NCBI GenBank assembly: GCA_964416155.1
Contig: CAYQCW010000006.1
Coordinates: forward strand, 53,645-117,644
Source: an uncultured Nitrososphaerota archaeon
Lineage (GTDB): Archaea > Thermoproteota > EX4484-205 > JAAOZP01
Direction: 5' to 3'
DNA: 64,000 nucleotides
Part shown: positions 57,417-64,000 of the stretch, piece by piece
How the letters are laid out: each line of letters begins with the position of its first letter
How positions within the stretch are numbered: position 1 is the first letter of the stretch
Position numbers and translations under genes: made by a program
The notes under the pieces: generated by a model
What the model was told of the DNA's origin: nothing
Databases searched by the model: none
The model's input: only the letters and a program-made list of their open reading frames with translations

Positions 57417-59144
57417 TTGCTTGACGCAAGGCTGCTCCGCCGTTTAACCAATTTTCTACTCTCTCTCAGCCTCGTCACAAGCTATTTTTCACTAATGCAC
57501 CTGGCCTCGCCGAGGATTTTCTACGCGGTTAAGCGCGTCAGCGTTTCAGAGTTCTTCAGCCTCAACTGGACGCCTCTCCCCTTCCTCGGAGTATTCTTAG
57601 CAATCCCATTCCTAATTCTGAGCGAGAAAAGGCTGGCCGCCGCTTCAATACTCGTCGTCGCAGCAATGATCCCGCTGGAATACGGTTTTCAGCTAGCAGC
57701 CTCCCTATTCTGGATCCTGCTGGCAATGTTTTTGACGAGGAGAAGCATTGATTTCAGCGAGACGCTAAAAGCACTCTGCCTGATGATACTGTTTTACACG
57801 GGGCTAGTCACCGTTTATCTCGCCGCCTACCCTTTCCTGCCGTTTGAAACCGTTTTCCTCGACCAGGCTACGCTAGCATGGGTCAAGGGTTACGCGACGC
57901 TTCAACCATTAGGAGTGTTCAGCTACGTTCTAATGCCTTTCGGAGCGCTTCTTCCCGTCTACATCGGAATGCTGAGAAGAAGGAGCCTCAGGCCTGTTTT
58001 CAACAAGGGTGAAACCAGGGTTCAAGAGTTTCTAAGCGGGAGACAGCCTGCAATAATTCTCCTAATATCCCTCTTCCTCTCAGCCTATCTTTCCGTCTAC
58101 AGCTACTTGCCTCGGCTTAACCCTGGTTTAAACCCGACTGGCGTCGACATCATCTTCTACGCTCCCAGGCTTGAGGCTTTAAGCACCTGTAAGGACCCTG
58201 TTGGGTTCGCTTTCGCAAACCTTTCCGACAGGCCTCTATTCTACCTTCTCCTACACGTTTTACACAGGGCCACGGGGCTAAACGTCGTGCAGACGCTTGA
58301 GTCGGCCCCACTCCTATGGATGCTAGGCTTAACACTCTCCTACTATTTTCTCTCTCTAAGCATCCTGGGCTCCAAGAGCCTCGCCTCCCTAGCGGCGCTC
58401 CTCTCAACAGCAAGCATCCAGGCTAGCGTGGGCCTCTACGCCTCATACCAGGCGAACATGGTTGCGCTAATAATGGTGAACATTCTTGCAGGAGTCGCCC
58501 TCTCTTTCAAGGAAGGGTTGTTGAAACACGTTGTTGTCTCAGCCTTATCCTTCCTCACCCCAATGATCCATCCCTACACTAGTGTCCAGTACTTCGCGAT
58601 GCTCGCCATGAGCCTCCTATTCTGCTTCTGGAGCAGAAGGGATAAGAGTGATTTGAAAACCCTGGTCTTAATCGTTGTCTCAGCGCTTCTCTCAAGCGTT
58701 TTCACAAGCCTAATGGCCCATGCGAGGGGTTCAACGCCTCTCGCCAGCGCCGCCAGCGTAGCCATCAGGATGGTGAGCCTTGAAAACCTCTCAGGGTTCA
58801 CTGGGGAGACTGTTTTCCTCTTCACAACCCTCTACAGCAGCTTCATCGCGAACAGCATCCACCTAATGCTCACGCTCTACGGTCTCACATGCCTGCTCAG
58901 GCTTGAAACGGGTGAGAAGACGAGGGTTTTCCTACTCGCATCCTCCCTAACCCTGCTGCCGGTGTACGCTATGGATGGTTTAACCGGTTCAAGGCTTTTC
59001 TTCAATCTTCCCATGCCTGTTTTCTCAGCCCTGGGGGCAAGCATGATTAAAGATAGGTGGCTCTCAAGCCTGCTCATAGTTCTCTCACTATGCTTCAGCC
59101 TTCAGGCTGCGCATAATCTTGGGACGCTAAGCATGCCAGCGTAG
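57417..59144 (+). CDS. Multi-pass membrane protein, putative GT-C-fold glycosyltransferase
   Basis: 575 aa, very hydrophobic; loop PTGVDIIFY and DRPLFYLLL, later HPYT. Confidence 0.65.
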   Translation: MLDARLLRRLTNFLLSLSLVTSYFSLMHLASPRIFYAVKRVSVSEFFSLNWTPLPFLGVFLAIPFLILSEKRLAAASILVVAAMIPLEYGFQLAASLFWILLAMFLTRRSIDFSETLKALCLMILFYTGLVTVYLAAYPFLPFETVFLDQATLAWVKGYATLQPLGVFSYVLMPFGALLPVYIGMLRRRSLRPVFNKGETRVQEFLSGRQPAIILLISLFLSAYLSVYSYLPRLNPGLNPTGVDIIFYAPRLEALSTCKDPVGFAFANLSDRPLFYLLLHVLHRATGLNVVQTLESAPLLWMLGLTLSYYFLSLSILGSKSLASLAALLSTASIQASVGLYASYQANMVALIMVNILAGVALSFKEGLLKHVVVSALSFLTPMIHPYTSVQYFAMLAMSLLFCFWSRRDKSDLKTLVLIVVSALLSSVFTSLMAHARGSTPLASAASVAIRMVSLENLSGFTGETVFLFTTLYSSFIANSIHLMLTLYGLTCLLRLETGEKTRVFLLASSLTLLPVYAMDGLTGSRLFFNLPMPVFSALGASMIKDRWLSSLLIVLSLCFSLQAAHNLGTLSMPA

Positions 59145-59190
59145 CCGTGTCTCCGGCAATGCTTAAAAGCAGCTTGACGCCACCCGGAAA

Positions 59191-59658
59191 ATGGTGATGG
59201 GTCAACCGGGTTCCTCCAGCCCTGAGGAGCATGAGATAGTTATAGAGCTGACTTTAAAGAGGCTGATCATGCTTATTCTCCTAGCCATACCGGTTGTCCT
59301 TCTCATTCTAGTGGGTTTTGAACTGGTGAACACGTACTATGGTTCGAGGAACCTGGTTGTCGATTTCACCATGGAAAAGAAGGCGATTAGGCTCGGCGGA
59401 GAGGCTGTTGTCAGCGTCAGGGTTAGCTCAGGAGTCTTGGGCTCGCTGATAAAGATCCCTGCGGGAAGCGTCGACGTCGCGATTGAAGTCAGGAACCCTG
59501 GTGGAGACGTGTTTTACGTGGACCAGGGCACGACTAATATGGATGGAACTGTGGAATTCAGGTTTAGAATACCTGAAGAGTCAGCTACTGGAGAGTATGT
59601 TTTCTACCTTGCTTGCAAAGGTGGAAGTGCTTCAGGTAGGCTTAGGGTTGAACCGTGA
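59191..59658 (+). CDS. Membrane-anchored Ig-like protein
   Basis: One TM then VAIEVRNPGG..YVDQGTTNMDG..FRIP..GEY. Confidence 0.7.
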   Translation: MVMGQPGSSSPEEHEIVIELTLKRLIMLILLAIPVVLLILVGFELVNTYYGSRNLVVDFTMEKKAIRLGGEAVVSVRVSSGVLGSLIKIPAGSVDVAIEVRNPGGDVFYVDQGTTNMDGTVEFRFRIPEESATGEYVFYLACKGGSASGRLRVEP

Positions 59659-59742
59659 TTCACTAGCGTGCCCTAAATATTAAGGCTGTAAGCAGAAAAG
59701 TGTAAATAGAAAAACTTAAATTTAGATATTAATAAACCATGT

Positions 59743-60240
59743 ATGTGTAAAACGATGAGGGGATTAGGTTCGGTTGTGAAGCAGAAACCCTGTCTGCCGA
59801 TTGTTCCAATCCTCTTAATCATGCTTCTGCTTTCCCCATTTCTCCTGGTTTCAGGCCAGCAGTACCCCATAAAGATAACTCAGATCAGGACGATGGACAT
59901 GCTTGGGAACGTGAAGACTTCTTTCGCCAGGGGCTCTACGGTAGTTGTAGAGGTAAAGCTCCAATCCCTCGTTTACGCCTACGGGCCATTCACACAATAC
60001 CTTTTGATCGTAAGGATAGACAACCCGCAGGGCTACACGGTTTTCATCGGGTTCCTCACGGACGTTATTGAGCCGGGTGCGACTAAGACCGCTGGAAGCG
60101 GATACCTGATACCTACGGGAGCATCCACGGGAACGTACACTGTGAGGGTTTTCGTGTGGAACGGTTGGCCGTCTCAAATGGGTGGCAATTTTGAAGTCTT
60201 AGCAGAACAGGGACAAACGACTTTCACGGTAACCACCTGA
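59743..60240 (+). CDS. Secreted single Ig-like domain protein (S-layer C-terminal-domain-like)
   Basis: Signal peptide; SFARG, YLLIVRIDNPQG, GTYTVRVFVW; start uncertain. Confidence 0.7.
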   Translation: MCKTMRGLGSVVKQKPCLPIVPILLIMLLLSPFLLVSGQQYPIKITQIRTMDMLGNVKTSFARGSTVVVEVKLQSLVYAYGPFTQYLLIVRIDNPQGYTVFIGFLTDVIEPGATKTAGSGYLIPTGASTGTYTVRVFVWNGWPSQMGGNFEVLAEQGQTTFTVTT

Positions 60241-60256
60241 GAATGGTGACGGAGAA

Positions 60257-61543
60257 TTGAGCCTTAAGAGTTTCTCCACATGCCTGCTTCTCACGCTCCT
60301 GCTGCTCGTTCCTCTTCTAAACACTTACGCTAACCCGCTGACTGTTTCGACAGACAAGTCTGAGTACAACAGGGGGCAGGACGTAACCATATCCATATCC
60401 GGTGCGACCCCGGATTGCAATCTTGGGGTTCAAGTCGAAAACCCGGTGGGCGGAGTGTGGGCAGACCAGGTTAAGGCGAACAGCCAGGGAAAGGCTTCAA
60501 CAACATACAAGGTTCCGCCTGACGCTGTTTACGGAACCTATACTGTCACCGTCGCGGGATGCGGGGCCACGGGCAGCTGCACTTTCAGAGTTGTCGAGGT
60601 TTACGTGCCTCCTCCCCCGCCTCCGCCTCCTCCTCCCCCGGCTAGGGAGAGCACCTCCATGACTATAAGCGTAGACAGGGAGCAGGTCACGCTTGGTGAG
60701 AGCGTGACTGTAAAAGTCATCTTAACCCCGGGCCTGAACGTCACTATCAGGCTGAGGTTAACATGCCCCAACGGGTCTGAGGTTTCCAGACTGCTTTCAA
60801 GCCCGTATGGGGCTTACACGTATGTTTTCAAGCCTGACTCTCCAGGCTACTGGAGCATTAGGGCGACGTGGGAGGGCAACGAGCGGTATGAGGGTTGCGT
60901 GAGCAATACTGTCGGCATAATTGTCAGGACGACTGTTTCCCTCCAAATGATTGCGGCACCATCCATCACCAGAGTGGGCGGAATAATAGTGGTCTACGTC
61001 GCCACCACTCCGGGCTTGGCGAACAGGCCTCTAGCAATCTCATACTTTTCGAACAGGACCATGGTTTGGAGAATGATTGGAACATTTGAAACGAGTAGGG
61101 AAGGATTTACGGCGTGCGTCTTCACGCCGACTGAAACCGGAGAGTACGTGTTTAAAGCCGACTGGGTTGGGGATCCGATTTACAGGCCTGCCTCGGCAAA
61201 CTCCTCCAAGATTCTGGTGACTGCTGAGCCCGTGGCTGCTGAGGACTTTATCAAAATGCTTAGCCAGCTGAGGGAGCTGCAGAGGCTGCTCGGCGAGAAG
61301 GAGAGTGAGCTTGAAGCCTCAAGGAGCATGATAACAGGCTTGCAGAAGAGCATTGCTGAGCTCCAAGCAGGTTTGAGCAGCGCCCAGTCGAGGATTTCAA
61401 GCCTCGAGAGGCAGCTGGCTGAAACAGAATCCAAGGTTTCAGAGGCTGAGTCGCGAGCCCAGTTCACCACCATGCTTGGCCTGGTGGCAGGAGTGTTGAT
61501 AGGCCTGATACTGGGATACTTGCTATTCAGAAGGCGTCGCTGA
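60257..61543 (+). CDS. Surface protein: Ig domains, poly-Pro linker, coiled-coil stalk, C-terminal TM (SlaB-like architecture)
   Basis: Signal peptide; TDKSEYNRG Ig domain; P11; two more beta domains; heptad stalk; TM followed by RRRR. Confidence 0.8.
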   Translation: MSLKSFSTCLLLTLLLLVPLLNTYANPLTVSTDKSEYNRGQDVTISISGATPDCNLGVQVENPVGGVWADQVKANSQGKASTTYKVPPDAVYGTYTVTVAGCGATGSCTFRVVEVYVPPPPPPPPPPPARESTSMTISVDREQVTLGESVTVKVILTPGLNVTIRLRLTCPNGSEVSRLLSSPYGAYTYVFKPDSPGYWSIRATWEGNERYEGCVSNTVGIIVRTTVSLQMIAAPSITRVGGIIVVYVATTPGLANRPLAISYFSNRTMVWRMIGTFETSREGFTACVFTPTETGEYVFKADWVGDPIYRPASANSSKILVTAEPVAAEDFIKMLSQLRELQRLLGEKESELEASRSMITGLQKSIAELQAGLSSAQSRISSLERQLAETESKVSEAESRAQFTTMLGLVAGVLIGLILGYLLFRRRR

Positions 61544-61724
61544 ACAAGCTTCCCGCTTCCACCAGAGTAACTCTGGAAAGTGTTTAAACCTTTTTCTCCA
61601 GCTGAACGGTGCGCGTTTCAGATCACCCTAGCAGCATGGAGAAAATCCGCCTTCCTTCTCCTGTGGGGAAGGCTTAGTTAAACAACAGTAAAACTTATAT
61701 TTTTGGAAACATGCTTCTCAGCCG

Positions 61725-61991
61725 ATGAATAAGGATCAGGGTATCGGAGCTGTGTTGCTGCTGGCCTCGATAATCGGAGTAATACTGTACTCCTGGCTCG
61801 TGTTCCTCTCACCCTGGTGGAAAGAGATCCTTCAGCTAACCGCTTTCGTCGCAGTAGGCTTCGTGCTCTTCATACTCGGCTGGATAGGCTATACTCTCGC
61901 CACTACTCCGCCGCCTAAGCCTATTGAGGAGATTGAGAAGGAGATTGAGAAGGAGGCTAAGGAGGAGTCTCCTCCGCCGCCACCCTCGTAA
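61725..61991 (+). CDS. Small 2-TM archaeal membrane protein (DPM2-like)
   Basis: NKDQGIG..ILYSWL..GWIGYTLATTPPPKPIEE. Confidence 0.78.
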   Translation: MNKDQGIGAVLLLASIIGVILYSWLVFLSPWWKEILQLTAFVAVGFVLFILGWIGYTLATTPPPKPIEEIEKEIEKEAKEESPPPPPS

Positions 61992-62014
61992 AGCAGAAGA
62001 AAAGAGGAGGACTC

Positions 62015-62416
62015 GTGCCAGGTAGGGGCGCTGTCCGAAAGGAGGAAAATGCCGCCGTAAGGATTAGTTTGAAACACGTTATCATCGTCTCCCTCTCCAT
62101 CGCTTTTCTATTTCTCCTCGCCGTCTTTACTCTAGAGTTTTTCAAGCCGAGGCTCAGCGTTAGGGCTGAGCTCTTGGCGAACAATACTGTGGTGGTATCC
62201 GGTAGGCTGACCTACGGGTTTGACCCTGTTCCAAACCAGTATGTCGCGATAGAGGTGAGGAACCAGAATGGTGAAACCGTGTGGAAGGGTGTTGCGAGAA
62301 CGCTTGCAGACGGGTCTTTCAGAAGCGTCTTCGCGTTGAAGCAGGCTGCCGGAAGGTTCAGCGTATACGCTGACAGCGGTATTGCCTCCGGGGAAACCGG
62401 ATTCCAGGCTGGCTAG
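62015..62416 (+). CDS. Membrane-anchored Ig-like protein, paralog of 59191..59658
   Basis: TM then VSGRLTY..YVAIEVRNQNG..RTLADGSF. Confidence 0.68.
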   Translation: MPGRGAVRKEENAAVRISLKHVIIVSLSIAFLFLLAVFTLEFFKPRLSVRAELLANNTVVVSGRLTYGFDPVPNQYVAIEVRNQNGETVWKGVARTLADGSFRSVFALKQAAGRFSVYADSGIASGETGFQAG

Positions 62417-62453
62417 CTTTTTTCACACGCTGAGCCGGGGAGGAAAAATGCTG

Positions 62454-62726
62454 CTACGCTTTACCGGGAGGCTTCTCCGCTCTCCCCCCTGTTTCCCCGG
62501 TTTCCCTCTCTTCCTCCTCTTCCTCTTTCTCACCCGGCCTACTGGCCATCAGACTGTAGCCCATCCAGGCGGTTAACCCGAGCATGAGCGCAACCATCAT
62601 GAAGACGGAGAGCTGCAGGACTGGAATAGGATAGTAGTAAACCATTATGCCGTACGCGATTACCCCCTCTAGGGCCATTAGGAATATTACTGCCCCTATG
62701 ATCTGGCGTTTATTCACTGTTTCCAC
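62454..62726 (-). CDS. Small 2-TM membrane protein, paralog of 61725..61991
   Basis: NKRQIIGAVI..IAY..LQLSVF..AWMGYSL plus acidic tail. Confidence 0.68.
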   Translation of the reverse strand: METVNKRQIIGAVIFLMALEGVIAYGIMVYYYPIPVLQLSVFMMVALMLGLTAWMGYSLMASRPGEKEEEEEERETGETGGRAEKPPGKA

Positions 62727-63051
62727 CCTCTTTCAATCTGTTTTTCAAACCAGTGTTTCTCGGCTGCTCTAGCCGTAGGCCTTCCTCCAAGGGGTTTCCA
62801 AACCGGTTTAGCATCGGCTGTTTTACGCCCTGCCTTCAACCTGGGTACTTGGCGAAAAAAGCGGATATAAGTTTATTATCTTCAAGCATTTAACTTTTTA
62901 TAAACGTCGCAACTGTAGGCTTCCGACAAAAGTTCTAAACCGTTCAGAAAGGTTTCTAATCGTTCATCCGAATGGCTCAAGCCGTTTAAGCCCCGTGGAG
63001 AAGCCTTGCTGGAAAAAAGGGGCTAACCCGTCAAGAGGCGCGTCCAGGTTT

Positions 63052-64000
63052 TCAGAAGCCCAGGCCAATCTCCATCCTTCTGGCAACGTAGTATGGAAGA
63101 ATCTGGGCACTCGGGTTTTCAAAAGGCTCCCCGTAGTTTTCAACAGCTATAGCGAGAAGGTTCTCACCCCTCAGGAATGGCTCAGGCATGTAGAAGTCTC
63201 TCTGCGGCCCCTTCTCCATGTACCTGCCTATCAGCTCTCCGTTTAAGAATATTTTACACTTTGTCCCGAGGCTGTTAAGCCTAAGCATCAACGGGGAGAC
63301 GGTTTTCTCCTCAGCCCTGTGCGTAAACGTTCTCCTAAGCCATATTACGCCCCTCTTGTTCAAAGCTTCCCTAAGGCTGCTTACACCCCATTTCGAATCC
63401 TCGAAGCCCGGTTTAAACCAGCCCTCCCTCTCGCCGAGAAGCCCCTTGGAAACACTCCAGCCCTCCTCCAGAGCAGCGTCATACATTCTTAGACAAGGGT
63501 CTCTCCAAGCCTTAGCGTCGGGAAAGTTCTCAAGAATAATGGTGAACTCGTTAACCCCTGGCTTAACTAGACGCGTCACGTCTACGCCTACGCTTCCCTC
63601 ATCCGCGTAGAGCGTTTCAGCATGCTCACTGTTGACGATGATGATTAGCCTGCCCCAGGCTGGAAGCCCGCTTGGAACAACCAGGCACGTCCTCCCAGGA
63701 TTCTCCGGAAGCTCAGCAACGTATTTCAACAGTATTAGGCCCCTCTGGCCCGAGAGCTCCTCAATGCTCTTAAGCTCCCTCCACTCCTCCGACAGGAAGC
63801 CCTTTGGAATAACCTCCAGAGGCCTGTTTAGAAGCCTAGCGTAGTCTACGGCAGCCGGTAGGCCGGGCTTCAGGAGACTATCCGGGCTTAAAACCTTGAA
63901 CAACGGGTTTCTAAGGGCAAGCTCCTCCTCCTTCCCTATGAAGACAGGCTGGTTCAGCCCGTTGGCTAATGGTATGAGGCTGTCGTTCCTGTGCCCGGTT
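63052..64000 (-). CDS. 3' part of a beta-galactosidase-like (GH35/GH2-type jelly-roll domains) gene, truncated by the window edge
   Basis: Frame open to the window end; FEDSKW, WLRRTF, IFLNGELIGRY..GPQRDFYMPEPFLRGENLLAIAV. Confidence 0.75.
   Translation of the reverse strand, partial: TGHRNDSLIPLANGLNQPVFIGKEEELALRNPLFKVLSPDSLLKPGLPAAVDYARLLNRPLEVIPKGFLSEEWRELKSIEELSGQRGLILLKYVAELPENPGRTCLVVPSGLPAWGRLIIIVNSEHAETLYADEGSVGVDVTRLVKPGVNEFTIILENFPDAKAWRDPCLRMYDAALEEGWSVSKGLLGEREGWFKPGFEDSKWGVSSLREALNKRGVIWLRRTFTHRAEEKTVSPLMLRLNSLGTKCKIFLNGELIGRYMEKGPQRDFYMPEPFLRGENLLAIAVENYGEPFENPSAQILPYYVARRMEIGLGF

Overview
Archaeal DNA. The evidence is TATA-like promoters, archaemetzincin, tandem Lrp/AsnC, PaREP1, HEPN-MNT and PIN modules, and S-layer-type proteins; a heterotrophic TACK-group thermophile is my inference only. 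1-27 kb holds sugar and metabolic enzymes (UroD/MtaA-like, GH31 alpha-xylosidase, metallohydrolases), a C25 peptidase-transglutaminase-anchor operon, a 1596-aa repeat surface protein and an MscL with an apparently permuted helix. 24-57 kb is a surface-glycan locus (rfbACBD, GT4s, GT2, epimerases, wecB, FkbM, GT-C-like membrane protein). It is interleaved with roughly 15 intact, frameshifted or fragmentary toxin-antitoxin modules and many recombination scars: alternative epimerase 3' tails, a 163-bp direct repeat, a 136-bp inverted copy, a decayed second rfb operon, and (CG)n tracts at fragment junctions. 57-63 kb is a putative S-layer/glycosylation module (GT-C-like protein, Ig-fold proteins, SlaB-like stalk, two DPM2-like small membrane proteins). 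The window ends in the 3' part of a beta-galactosidase-like gene. I saw no CRISPR array, rRNA, canonical tRNA, transposase or integrase. All family assignments come from motif recognition by eye, with no database searches.
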